64,000 nucleotides of DNA from an uncultured Brevundimonas sp. Its GTDB lineage: Bacteria; Pseudomonadota; Alphaproteobacteria; Caulobacterales; Caulobacteraceae. The translations under genes and the position numbers were made by a program. Where the stretch lies: positions 3,416-67,415 of the forward strand of contig NZ_CALMZS010000116.1 of the NCBI RefSeq assembly GCF_937870815.1, in the 5' to 3' direction. How positions within the stretch are numbered: the stretch's first letter is position 1; each line of letters opens with the position of its first letter. This document shows, piece after piece, positions 17,657 to 26,629 of this stretch. The notes under the pieces are model-generated. The model was given only the letters and a program-made list of their open reading frames with translations. It ran no database searches and was not told where the DNA came from.

Positions 17657-17928
17657 CGTCTCAGTCGAGTGGCGGCTGAGATGTGCTGCGCTGGCCGAGC
17701 CTCGCGCGAAGCCGCTGAAGACGCCCCCTGCCGCTAACGACCGGGAGAACGACGGTTGTCAATCGGCGTCTAAAAAGGGGCTCTGATGCAAATTTGGTGG
17801 TGGGATCATGGTGTTGAGCCGATCAGCTTGGCCTGGACCAGGTCGAGTTTGCCGCGGCCGGCCGCCAAGCGTGGGGCAGGCTACAGGAGCTTGGGTTACA
17901 CGGTGGCGGTGGGCCGCGCAGCGGGCAA

Positions 17929-20805
17929 TCAGCCTGTCAAAGCCGCCAGCGCAACAGCAGGTTCTGGCGCCTGAACCACCGCCAGGGCGGTGACCAGGCG
18001 GGCGGTTGACCGGGCGAGTTCGGCGGCTTCCGAGGGCGTTGGCGTCGTGGCGCCCGGCCGCAATGCCGCCAGGACCCGCTCGGCCTCCTCGGACAATCCG
18101 CTCTGTTTCAAGAGGTCGAGCGTCTGCTCGGCGTTCGCCGTCGAAGGGTCGGCCGCCGCCTCTCCCGCCGCCCGCAGACGCGCAGCGACGGCGTAGCGCA
18201 GCGCCTTGGCGAACAAGGGCGGCGCCTCCTCCGGAAAGCCGCCGTCGGCGAGCACGCAGGCCATCCTGATCGCTCGCTCCGCCTCGTCGCGCCAGGCATC
18301 GTCCGGCGCCAGCGGGCTGCTCGCGGCATCGGGCTCGGCGAACTCGGGCGAGACATGCAGTATCCGCCGTGGTCCGCTGGTCAGGTCGAGCACGCCCGAC
18401 CGCGCCAGTCGGCGGAGCGTCAGCCAGGTCGTCCGGTCAACGACCTCCACCGGCAGGCTCGATGCGTCCTGGCGCCGACTCAGGCGTTCGGCCTCGGCGG
18501 CGAGACCGTCGCTGTCGAGGTCCAGCACCGCCAGCATCCGCACCGCGCCGCCAGGGCCGGTCTGGACTTCGATCCGCAACGCCCTTTCGCCATGGCGACG
18601 GCGCAGGTCGGCCGCGACGGCGTCTTCAGGCGAGACGATTTTGGGCCCGAGGCCGTCGGCGGCTTCCAGCATGGAGCGCATGCGGTCCACGAGCGCGCCC
18701 CTGCCGGAGGGCATTTTCAGCTCGCCGATGTCGCCCTGGCCGTCCAGCAGGCCATCGGCCAGCACCTGCTTGACGTTCAGCAGGTGCAGGATGGCGTGCT
18801 CGATGCTGCCTTCGGTGACCAGGTTGATCACCGTCACCGACCGGGTCTGATATTTGCGCCAGGCCCTGGCGATGCGCTGCTCCAGCTTGGCCGGATTCCA
18901 GGGCAGGTCGATGTTGATCACCGCGCTGGCGGCCTGCAGGTTCAGGCCGACGCTGCCGCTGTCGGTGGACAGGAACAGCCGGCAATTGGGGTCGTTCTTG
19001 AAGCGGTTGATCTCCTCGCGGCGACGGACCTGCGGGACCGAGCCGGTATGCCAGGCCGCCTCGACTCCGAGCTGCCCGGCCAGTTCGCGCACCAGCCCTA
19101 GCATCCGCTCCCATTCGGAGAAGATGATGATCTTGCGGTCGGGCTCCTGCAGCAGGTCGCCGAGGATGCCCTCGAGCTCCTCCAGCTTGGGACAGACGCG
19201 GCAGTCGGGGTCGAGGATGGCGGGGGTGTCGCAGATCATCCGCATGCAGGCCATCAGCATCTGCATCTTGTCGAACTCGGCCGGGGTCAGCGGCCGGCGC
19301 TGGGCGGTGGCCGCCAGCCTGGCCATGGGGGCGCGATACTCTTCGTAGCGATCGGCCTGCTCGGGCGCCATCGGCACGAAGTAGGTGGTCACCGTGCGCC
19401 CAGGCAGCTCGGTTTCCACGTCCGACTTGCGGCGGCGCAGCAGCACCGGCTCGACCCGGCGGCGCAGTTCGGCGAGATTGCGGTACTCCACCGGCCGGCC
19501 GCGCTCGTCGAGTTCATAGAAGCTGCGGTTGAACTGGAACAGCGGCCCGACCAGCTCCGGATCGAGGTACTGGACGATGGAATAGAGCTCGTCGATGCGG
19601 TTCTCCACCGGGGTGCCGGTGAGCACGAAGGCGTAGGGCGAGCGCAGCGACTTGACCTTGCCGGCCGTCTTGGTGCGCCAGTTCTTGATCCGCTGGGCCT
19701 CGTCGAGGATAACGATGTCCGGCTTCAGCAGATCGTTGATCGCCTCGGCGTCGCTGACCACCTGCTCGTAGTTGACGATGGTGAAGAATGGCGGATCGCG
19801 GTAGGCGAAGAGCCGCGCCGGGCGAGGGCCGAACACCGATCGGGTCGGCCGCTCGGTGAAGCGGGCGATCTGTTCCTCCCACTCCGCCTTGAGGGACGCG
19901 GGGCAGACCACCAGCACCCGCTCCACGCCCTTGCGGCGGGCCAGCAGCTCGCAGGCGGCGATGGCCTGGACGGTCTTGCCCAGACCCATCTCGTCGGCCA
20001 GCAGGGCGCGCTCGCCGAAGGCCAGGTGCGCCATGCCCTCCCGCTGATAGGGCAGCAGGGGATGGCGCAGCATGTCCAGGACCCCCGGATCGTGTTCGAC
20101 CTCGGCGGCGAAATCTGCGCGCGCTTCCAACCGCGACCGTTCCCGCCTATGCCGCTCCAGCCACGGGCCAAAGTGGCGGGACAGGCGCAGGTGCTCCCGC
20201 ACCGGCGTCGGCGCGGTGGCGAAGGCGCCGATGAGGGCTTCGACATCGGCGGGCTCGGCGCCCAGGCGTCCCTCCGGATCGAGGTGGGGCGCCAGCCAGT
20301 CGCGAACGGCCGCGGTCCCCTCGCTCTCAACGCGCGGCCAGGACAGGACCGGCGTGGGCGTGCTGTCGCGACGAAGGAACACCTCGACGCGCTGGGAACC
20401 CTCGGCCGTGGCCTGGCGGAAGGCCCGGATACCTCGGCGACGCAGTCCCGCCAGGACGCCTTCGATGTGCTTGCACGTCCCCAGACCGTTCACCCGATGG
20501 TCGATACAGCCGCATGCATTCTCAAGGCCGTCCAGGGAGCGGATTTCGACCTCATAGACGGTCCCGCTCCCCGACCAGGTCCGAAACGTCCCGAAGATGG
20601 GATGCTCCATCTCCATGGCCTCGACGGTGGTGATCTCGGTGCGCCCGCGCCAGCGCCGGAGCTCGATCTCGTGCTCGTCGCTGGTGTCCCAGCCCAGGGG
20701 CGCGGCCGGCCGCTCAAGGACGGTTCGAGCCCGCCCGCCTTTCCGCGGGCTCTTGCCCGGAGAGCGCGTCGATGGGGAGGGTCTGGTCGCCCGATCTGCT
20801 TGCAT
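17929..20805 (-). CDS. SNF2-family helicase/ATPase with N-terminal SWIM zinc finger and a roughly 240-aa C-terminal extension
   Basis: SWIM motif CGCIDHRVNGLGTCKH. SNF2 motifs DEMGLGKTVQAIA (I), LDEAQRIKN (II), LTGTPVENR (III) and GSVGLNLQAASAVINIDLPWNPAKLEQRIARAWR (V/VI). The Ala/Leu-rich C-terminal tail has no motif I recognise. Confidence 0.85.
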   Translation of the reverse strand: MQADRATRPSPSTRSPGKSPRKGGRARTVLERPAAPLGWDTSDEHEIELRRWRGRTEITTVEAMEMEHPIFGTFRTWSGSGTVYEVEIRSLDGLENACGCIDHRVNGLGTCKHIEGVLAGLRRRGIRAFRQATAEGSQRVEVFLRRDSTPTPVLSWPRVESEGTAAVRDWLAPHLDPEGRLGAEPADVEALIGAFATAPTPVREHLRLSRHFGPWLERHRRERSRLEARADFAAEVEHDPGVLDMLRHPLLPYQREGMAHLAFGERALLADEMGLGKTVQAIAACELLARRKGVERVLVVCPASLKAEWEEQIARFTERPTRSVFGPRPARLFAYRDPPFFTIVNYEQVVSDAEAINDLLKPDIVILDEAQRIKNWRTKTAGKVKSLRSPYAFVLTGTPVENRIDELYSIVQYLDPELVGPLFQFNRSFYELDERGRPVEYRNLAELRRRVEPVLLRRRKSDVETELPGRTVTTYFVPMAPEQADRYEEYRAPMARLAATAQRRPLTPAEFDKMQMLMACMRMICDTPAILDPDCRVCPKLEELEGILGDLLQEPDRKIIIFSEWERMLGLVRELAGQLGVEAAWHTGSVPQVRRREEINRFKNDPNCRLFLSTDSGSVGLNLQAASAVINIDLPWNPAKLEQRIARAWRKYQTRSVTVINLVTEGSIEHAILHLLNVKQVLADGLLDGQGDIGELKMPSGRGALVDRMRSMLEAADGLGPKIVSPEDAVAADLRRRHGERALRIEVQTGPGGAVRMLAVLDLDSDGLAAEAERLSRRQDASSLPVEVVDRTTWLTLRRLARSGVLDLTSGPRRILHVSPEFAEPDAASSPLAPDDAWRDEAERAIRMACVLADGGFPEEAPPLFAKALRYAVAARLRAAGEAAADPSTANAEQTLDLLKQSGLSEEAERVLAALRPGATTPTPSEAAELARSTARLVTALAVVQAPEPAVALAALTG

Positions 20806-20912
20806 GACGGGATGCTAGCGGTGAGGGCCGAGTCCCTCAACGACCGTCTGGCGGTTGTGGGGCGCCGGGCGTCTTGTCATGTTGGGAAGGCGAATGAGAA
20901 GGAGACGCGAGC

Positions 20913-21158
20913 ATGGCCAAGGGCAAGCTGGTCCTCGACACGGACAGGATCGATGACGCCGTTCTGGCGCTGCTCCATCTCGGCCTTCACGACGGATTTC
21001 GAGCCTGGAAGGGCTTCGACTGGGAGGCGATGAACCGGCTCCACGAGAAGGGTATGATCAGCGATCCCGTCGGCAAGACGAAGTCCGTCGTCTTCACGGA
21101 GGAAGGCCGGCAACGATCAGAAGACCTGTTCAAGGGCATGTTCATCAAACAGCCGTGA
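20913..21158 (+). CDS. Small conserved hypothetical protein (resembles the family I remember as DUF6429)
   Basis: 81 aa: MAKGKLVLDTDRIDDAVLALLHLGLHDGFRAWKGFDWEAMNRLHEKGMISDPVGKTKSVVFTEEGRQRSEDLF. It is visibly lower in GC than its neighbours. It is divergent from the SNF2 gene with a 107-bp spacer. Confidence 0.6.
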   Translation: MAKGKLVLDTDRIDDAVLALLHLGLHDGFRAWKGFDWEAMNRLHEKGMISDPVGKTKSVVFTEEGRQRSEDLFKGMFIKQP

Positions 21159-21416
21159 TCACTCCTTGGAGCCTGGTGAGATGATCCAGCAACCTCCGTT
21201 CCGGATTCTGTCTTCAACAGGCGTGCGCTCCGAAATAGGTCTTGAAAGAGGGCGTCATCACGCAGAATTCTATACGAGCCATATTCATCAACTAAATCAA
21301 CGCCTCAATATTTGTCGGCCTGCGACTCTGGCGGTCGGGTTCGGACAGTGCGATCCTGTACCCTCGCGGTGGTGGATTTACGGGCGCCTGCGCCCCCGAA
21401 CGGTGACGTCTGCGCG

Positions 21417-22721
21417 CTATTGCGTTTCGGCTCTTGTCTCACGCGCCGAGCCATCCCCGCGGCCACGCAAGAACAGGACGGCCGCACCGGTCACCAGCAC
21501 GAGGCCGGCCAGGCTGGTGGCGTAGGCGGCTCCGACGAAGAAGGGCAGCCAGGCCAGATCGACGGCGGCGAAGTTGCGGACCAGCAGCAGGATGACGCTG
21601 CCCAGATATCCCGACGCGTCCGCGACATAGATCAGGAAACCGGCGGTCGCGACGGTGCCGGAATAGGCGATCATCCGGTCGAACAGCATGGCGTTGAAGG
21701 GCGTGTAGGCCAGGTAAAGGCCCGCGCCGCCGGCGATCATCCAGGCGATCGGCGACAGCAGGCCGTGCTGGAAGGCCAGGGTCGAGGCGCCCAGGATGGC
21801 GAAGCCGGCCAGGATCACCCCGTGCATCAGCAACAGGGCCCGGCCGTTGTTCTTCACCGCGATCAGCACGCCCATCGCCACCAGCGACAGCGCCGCCACC
21901 GGGCCTTCGCTGGCGGTGAACACCGATGCGGCGTCGCCGTAGCCGAGCGCCTGCCAGATCTCGGCGGCGAAATTGTCGCGCAGGTCGCGGAACGCCGTCA
22001 GCATCACATAGGCGGCGACCAGAAGCACCAGCACTGGCCAGTGCGCGGCCAGAAAGGCGGCGCGTTCCCTGGCCATCATCGGCCGGCGCGCCACGCGCTC
22101 GGCCTCGTCCGCGGCGCTGGGCGGGGGCAGGGCGGCGAGCGCCAGGACGGAGATGGCCAGCAGCGGCATGAAGATCAGGCCGACCGCCGCCGGCATCCAG
22201 AAGGCGCTGACGTCGAAGCCGTCCATCAACGTCTTGCCGACCGACTTCACCACGCCGGACGACAGGATGAAGCTGGCGCACAGGATCGAGCCCAGCACCT
22301 CGCTGGTGCGCCGTCCCTCCATGAAGCCGAACACCAGCCCCCAGATCAGACCCAGCGGCAGGCCGTTGAGGAACAGGGCCGCCACGTTCCAGGGCGCGGG
22401 GACGACCGCGAACAGGACCAGGGCGATCCATGAGGCGCCGATCAGCAGCACTATGGCGCCCGCCCGTCGCTCGGGCCGCATCTCCGCGATGATCTTGACG
22501 CCGATCAGCTTGGACAGGGCGTAGCCGGCGACCTGGGCGATCACGAGCGCGATCTTGTAGTCCAGCGCGAAGTCCCAGCCGGGAACCAGGTCGAAGGTCG
22601 CGGCGGTGAACGGCTTGCGGAAGGCGTACATCGAGAAGTACGCGCAAAACCCGGCGAGACCGGCGAAAAGGACGAAGACCACGGGGTTGGCCCGCGCCAG
22701 CCAGGGCCGCAGCCGGTTCAT
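21417..22721 (-). CDS. Polytopic membrane transporter-like protein (DUF5690-like, MFS-related)
   Basis: 434 aa with about 12 TM segments. The N-terminal block CAYFSMYAFRKPFTAATF...DYKIALVIAQVAGYALSKLIGVKIIAEM matches my memory of a family that recurs beside phosphonatase genes. Confidence 0.7.
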   Translation of the reverse strand: MNRLRPWLARANPVVFVLFAGLAGFCAYFSMYAFRKPFTAATFDLVPGWDFALDYKIALVIAQVAGYALSKLIGVKIIAEMRPERRAGAIVLLIGASWIALVLFAVVPAPWNVAALFLNGLPLGLIWGLVFGFMEGRRTSEVLGSILCASFILSSGVVKSVGKTLMDGFDVSAFWMPAAVGLIFMPLLAISVLALAALPPPSAADEAERVARRPMMARERAAFLAAHWPVLVLLVAAYVMLTAFRDLRDNFAAEIWQALGYGDAASVFTASEGPVAALSLVAMGVLIAVKNNGRALLLMHGVILAGFAILGASTLAFQHGLLSPIAWMIAGGAGLYLAYTPFNAMLFDRMIAYSGTVATAGFLIYVADASGYLGSVILLLVRNFAAVDLAWLPFFVGAAYATSLAGLVLVTGAAVLFLRGRGDGSARETRAETQ

Positions 22722-22749
22722 TGCTTGACATGGTCTCGTTGCATGGATG

Positions 22750-22761
22750 TGGTCTAGACCA
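22750..22761. promoter_or_regulatory. Candidate HutC/GntR operator, perfect palindrome TGGTCTAGACCA
   Basis: Read directly. It lies in the 56-bp divergent spacer between the transporter start (22721) and the PLC-like start (22778). It is identical to the core of DasR/NagR-type HutC-family operators (from memory). Confidence 0.55.
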
Positions 22762-22777
22762 ATGCTGCGACGGGTGA

Positions 22778-23974
22778 ATGACGGAGATGGGGCGCATGCG
22801 GTGGGCGGCGGCGATGCTGGGGATGACCAGCCTGGGCATGGCGCAGGCCCCGTGCGACCTCACAGCGGCTTCGCCGGACCGTGCGCGCGCGTCGTGCCAG
22901 CGGGCCTGGATGGACGCCAATCTGAAGCTGAACGACCTGCTCATGGTCGGCACGCACAACAGCTACAAGGAGGCGATGCCGGCATCGCTGATGGCCCTGC
23001 TGAGGCAGGCGGACCCGGGCCGGGCGGACGGCCTGGATTATAGCCATCAGCCGCTCAGCCGGCAGCTGGACGACGGCGCCCGCCAGCTGGAGATCGACGT
23101 CTATTATGATCCCGAGGGCGGGCGTTTTCTCAATCCGGCCGGTCTCGCCGTCGCGGGCCTGACGCTCGATCCGGTGCGACGAGCCGCGCTCGCTGAGCCG
23201 GGCTTCAAGGTGATGCACGTCCAGGACGTCGATGTGTTCAGCGTCTGCGTGCTGCTGGCCGATTGTCTGGGCGTCATCCGGCGCTGGTCCCTGGCCCACC
23301 CGGACCATGCGCCGCTGCTGCTGATGTTCAACGCCAAGACCGATGCCTCGCCGCTGCCGCGGGGAACGTCGGCCTTGCCGTTCGACGCCGCCGCCTGGGA
23401 CGCGCTGGATCGGGAGGTGCAAAACGTGTTTCCCGCCGACGCGCTCATTACGCCCGACGACGTGCAAGGGGACCATCCGACGTTGCGCGAGGCTGTCCTG
23501 GCCGGCGCCTGGCCGACGCTGGGTCAGGCCCGCGGGAAGGTGCTGTTCGCCCTCGATGAGGGCGAGGAGAAGGCCGCCGCCTATCGCGGCGCGCGGCGAT
23601 CGCTGGAAGGGAGAATCTTCTTCATCAATACCGACGAGGCCTCGCCGGCCGCCGCCTATCTCACGCTCAATGACCCCGTCTCCGACGGCTCGCGCATCCG
23701 GGCGGCGGTTCAGGCCGGCTTCATCGTCCGCACCCGAGCCGACGCGGACACGGCGGAGGCGCGCGCCAACGACGTCCGGCGCCGCGACGCGGCCCTGGCC
23801 TCCGGCGCGCAATATGTCTCGACCGACTATATGCGGCCGGACGCGCGGTTCGCCGGAGGATACCAGGCGCGGCTGCCGGGCCATGCGGCGGCGCTGTGCA
23901 ACCCGGTGCGCGCGGCAGGCCGGTGCGGCGAAGCCGAGATTGAGCGGATCGCATCGGCTCGACCTGTGAACTGA
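22778..23974 (+). CDS. Secreted PI-PLC-like (Ca-dependent phospholipase C / phosphodiesterase X-domain) protein
   Basis: Signal peptide (AAMLGMTSLGMAQAP). Catalytic-domain start LNDLLMVGTHNSYKEAM...DYSHQPLSRQLDDGARQLEIDVYYDPEGGRF. C-terminal SGAQYVSTDY. Confidence 0.75.
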   Translation: MTEMGRMRWAAAMLGMTSLGMAQAPCDLTAASPDRARASCQRAWMDANLKLNDLLMVGTHNSYKEAMPASLMALLRQADPGRADGLDYSHQPLSRQLDDGARQLEIDVYYDPEGGRFLNPAGLAVAGLTLDPVRRAALAEPGFKVMHVQDVDVFSVCVLLADCLGVIRRWSLAHPDHAPLLLMFNAKTDASPLPRGTSALPFDAAAWDALDREVQNVFPADALITPDDVQGDHPTLREAVLAGAWPTLGQARGKVLFALDEGEEKAAAYRGARRSLEGRIFFINTDEASPAAAYLTLNDPVSDGSRIRAAVQAGFIVRTRADADTAEARANDVRRRDAALASGAQYVSTDYMRPDARFAGGYQARLPGHAAALCNPVRAAGRCGEAEIERIASARPVN

Positions 23975-23977
23975 CGC

Positions 23978-25111
23978 ATGGGCATGCGCTACGACATCGC
24001 GGTGGTGGGGGCGGGCATCGTCGGCCTGGCCTGCGCCCTGGCCGCCGCCCGCCGGGGCCTGTCGGTCGTCGTGATCGACCGCGACGCCCAGGCGAACGGC
24101 GCCTCGATCCACAATTTCGGCTTCGTCACCGTCACCGGCCAGCCGCGCGGCCTGGTCTGGCGCCGGGCGTGCCGCAGCCGCGCCGTCTGGGATGAAATCG
24201 CCGCCGAGGCGGGCATCCCGATTCTGCAACGCGGCCTTTGGCTGCCGGTCCGGCGCCCCGAGGCCGTGGCGGTGCTGGACGCCTTCATGGCGACCGAAAT
24301 GGGCGAGGGGTGTCGCCTGTTGTCGGCGGACGAGGCGCGCGCACGGGCGCCGGAGGTGACCGGTCCCGAAACCGCCGCGACCCTCTGGAGCCCGCATGAC
24401 CTGCGCGTGGATTCGCGCACGGCGATCCCGCGCCTGGCGGCGTGGCTGGCCGATCGATTCGGCGTCGTCTTTCTGCGCCAGACCGCCGTCCATGCGGTCG
24501 AACCGCCGCGCATCGTCACCGCCCAGGGCGTGGTCGAGGCCGAGGCGGCGGTGGTCTGTCCCGGCGACGACTTCGTCAGCCTGTTCCCGGACCGGCTGGC
24601 CGAGGCCGGGCTGGTGCGCTGCAAGCTGCAGATGCTTCGGTTGGCTTCGCCCGGCTTCGTCCTGCCGGCGCCGCTGATGTCGGACCTGGGCCTCGTCCGT
24701 TACGGCGGTTACGCCGACCTGCCCGAAGCGGCCGCCCTGCGCGCGCGGCTGGAGGCGGAGCAGGGCGACGCCCTCGCCAACGGCGTCCATCTGATCGCCG
24801 TGCAGGACGCCGACGGCGCCCTGGTGGTGGGCGACAGCCATCACGATGCCGCCACACCGGACCAGTTCGCCAGCGAGGCGGTTGACCGGCTGATCCTGGA
24901 CGAGTGGCGCGCCGCCACCGGGCGTCCGGCGCCGCCGGTGCTGCAGCGCTGGACCGGAACCTATGCGCGCGGCCCCAACGCCGGTCTGATCGAGGCGCCG
25001 CATCCGCGCGTGCGTCTTGCGCTCGTCACCGCCGGCAACGGCGCCTCCACCGGCTTCGCCTTCGGCGAGGAGGTGATCGCACACCTGTTCGAGGAGATTT
25101 CCGAACCATGA
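23978..25111 (+). CDS. FAD-dependent amine oxidoreductase (TIGR03364-like clade linked to phosphonate catabolism)
   Basis: The dinucleotide fold YDIAVVGAGIVGLACALAAARRG..V.VIDR indicates a DAO-type family. The stop overlaps the phnX ATG (ATGA at 25108-25111). Confidence 0.8.
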   Translation: MGMRYDIAVVGAGIVGLACALAAARRGLSVVVIDRDAQANGASIHNFGFVTVTGQPRGLVWRRACRSRAVWDEIAAEAGIPILQRGLWLPVRRPEAVAVLDAFMATEMGEGCRLLSADEARARAPEVTGPETAATLWSPHDLRVDSRTAIPRLAAWLADRFGVVFLRQTAVHAVEPPRIVTAQGVVEAEAAVVCPGDDFVSLFPDRLAEAGLVRCKLQMLRLASPGFVLPAPLMSDLGLVRYGGYADLPEAAALRARLEAEQGDALANGVHLIAVQDADGALVVGDSHHDAATPDQFASEAVDRLILDEWRAATGRPAPPVLQRWTGTYARGPNAGLIEAPHPRVRLALVTAGNGASTGFAFGEEVIAHLFEEISEP

Positions 25112-25911
25112 CCTCCATCCGCGACTGCTTCGACATGGTCGTCTTCGACTGGGCCGGCACCACGGTGGATTTCGGCAGCCGCGCGCCGGTGCTGGCGCTG
25201 ATCGAGGCCTTCGCCGCCCTCGGCGTGACGGTCGCTGAAGAGGAGGCGCGCCGCGACATGGGGCGCGCCAAGGCCGACCATGTCCGCGCCATGTTCGAAC
25301 AGCCCCGGATCGCACGGGCCTGGCGGGGCGCGAACGGCGCTGCGGCGGATCAGGCGGCGGTCGGACGGGTGATGGCTGAGCTCCAGGCTCCGATGGTCCG
25401 GCTGGCCGGGGAGACCGCAGACCTGATCCCCGGCGCCGCCGCCGCCACGGCCCGCTTGCGCGAGCAGGGCCTGAAGATCGCCTCCTGCACCGGCTACACG
25501 CGCGAGATGATGCAGACGATCCTGCCGCGCGCCGCCGAACAGGGCTATGCGCCCGACCTGGTTGTCTGCGCGCACGAGACGCCGCAGGGACGGCCTTCGC
25601 CGCTGATGATCTACAAGGCCAGCGCCGAGCTCGGCGTCTGGCCGCTCACGCGCGTGGTCAAGGTCGACGACGCCGAGGTCGGGATCGCCGAGGGCCGCAA
25701 TGCGGGCTGTTTCACGGTGGGCGTGGCCGCGTCGGGCAATATGGCGGGCCTGACGGCGCCGGCGCTGGCCGACCTGAGCGCCGACGAACGCGCCGCCTTG
25801 CTGGACGCGGCCGCCGACCGGTTGCGCGCCGCCGGCGCCGACCTGGTCATCGACACGGTCGCCGATCTCGTTCCGGCGCTGGAAGCCGAGGCGGCCCGTC
25901 GTGGCGGATAG
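25108..25911 (+). CDS. phnX: Phosphonoacetaldehyde hydrolase (phosphonatase)
   Basis: VVFDWAGTTVDFG (HAD motif I), EEEARRDMGRAKADHVRAM (Schiff-base Lys context), PRIARAW, CTGYTREMM, GRPSPLMIYK and VDDAEVGIAEGRNAGCFTVGV. These are co-linear with canonical PhnX as I remember it. Confidence 0.85.
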   Translation: MTSIRDCFDMVVFDWAGTTVDFGSRAPVLALIEAFAALGVTVAEEEARRDMGRAKADHVRAMFEQPRIARAWRGANGAAADQAAVGRVMAELQAPMVRLAGETADLIPGAAAATARLREQGLKIASCTGYTREMMQTILPRAAEQGYAPDLVVCAHETPQGRPSPLMIYKASAELGVWPLTRVVKVDDAEVGIAEGRNAGCFTVGVAASGNMAGLTAPALADLSADERAALLDAAADRLRAAGADLVIDTVADLVPALEAEAARRGG

Positions 25912-25926
25912 GGTCGGGGCCGACCT

Positions 25927-26544
25927 CTAGGCGGTTGTCCGAGAGACCGGGGCCGCCGCCCGGCTTTGCGCGGCGAGCGCGATCAGCAGGTCGCGGTAGT
26001 CGGCCAGCGGCGCGATCGCGGCGCCCTCGACCTTCCCCAGTTCGTCGTAGCGGCGCAGCCTCACGGCGGCTTCGAAACCGGGCGACGCGCTGAAGGCGTC
26101 GGCCTCCGCCTCGCTCATCGGTCCGCCCTGCAGCTCAAGGCTCTGGCTGGAGGCGGAGCTCAGGGTTTCGAGATACCCCGGTTCACGCGTCGCCAGATAG
26201 CGCTTGGCTTGCACGTGCAGGCGAACCGGCTCTACGACCTGCGGGCCGAAGCCCTGCGCCAGCCAGGCCGCGCCGATCCGCTCGTGAAAGGCGTCGACGC
26301 CACGATCGGCCGCGTCCTCGCCCTGCTTTTGCAGCAGGTGGCCGATGTCGTGCAGCAGGGCCGCGGCCACCAGCGCGTCGGAATCTCCGGCGCAGCGCGC
26401 GTGGTGGGCGCATTGCAGCGCGTGCTCCAACTGCGTCACGGCCTCGCCATAGCGGGCGCCGCCGAGCTGATCGAAGAGGGCGAAGATCGAACAGACGAAG
26501 CCTTCGGCCGAGTGCGGTCGCGTCATAGAGAATCCAGGCGGCAA
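25927..26544 (-). CDS. HD-domain protein of the PhnZ-like (phosphonate-operon HD oxygenase) type
   Basis: TQLEHALQCAHHA...AALLHDIGHLL...HERIGAAWL...VRLHVQAKRYL supplies the His/Asp ligands typical of HD diiron oxygenases. The start is 26544 or 26526. Confidence 0.7.
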   Translation of the reverse strand: MPPGFSMTRPHSAEGFVCSIFALFDQLGGARYGEAVTQLEHALQCAHHARCAGDSDALVAAALLHDIGHLLQKQGEDAADRGVDAFHERIGAAWLAQGFGPQVVEPVRLHVQAKRYLATREPGYLETLSSASSQSLELQGGPMSEAEADAFSASPGFEAAVRLRRYDELGKVEGAAIAPLADYRDLLIALAAQSRAAAPVSRTTA

Positions 26545-26547
26545 AGA

Positions 26548-26559
26548 TGGACTATACCA
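26548..26559. promoter_or_regulatory. Candidate HutC/GntR operator TGGACTATACCA (10/12 match to the 22750 site)
   Basis: Read directly. It lies immediately upstream of the PhnZ-like gene start. Confidence 0.4.
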
Positions 26560-26629
26560 GATTCGCCGCGTGCCGTTAAAGGCCTGTTTGATCGTCGGAT
26601 CGCTGGGATCGACCCGCGGGGTTGGACGT

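Noticed and set aside
17929-21158. SNF2 helicase as part of a known anti-phage system (DISARM, Zorya or BREX-like)
   Set aside because: None of the obligatory partner genes (methyltransferase, DUF1998 helicase partner, PLD nuclease, ZorA/B, PglX/Z) lies within 10 kb. I kept it only as a low-confidence two-gene observation.
21160-21420. Possible tRNA fragment or att site (GGTCGGGTTCGGAC resembles a T-arm)
   Set aside because: No acceptor stem, anticodon arm or CCA-proximal match can be built, and no integrase is nearby. The resemblance is probably chance.
22754-25315. 853-aa ORF on the minus strand
   Set aside because: It is antisense to three well-supported plus-strand genes (PLC-like, FAD oxidoreductase, phnX). 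It is Arg/Gly/Pro-rich junk that spans gene boundaries.
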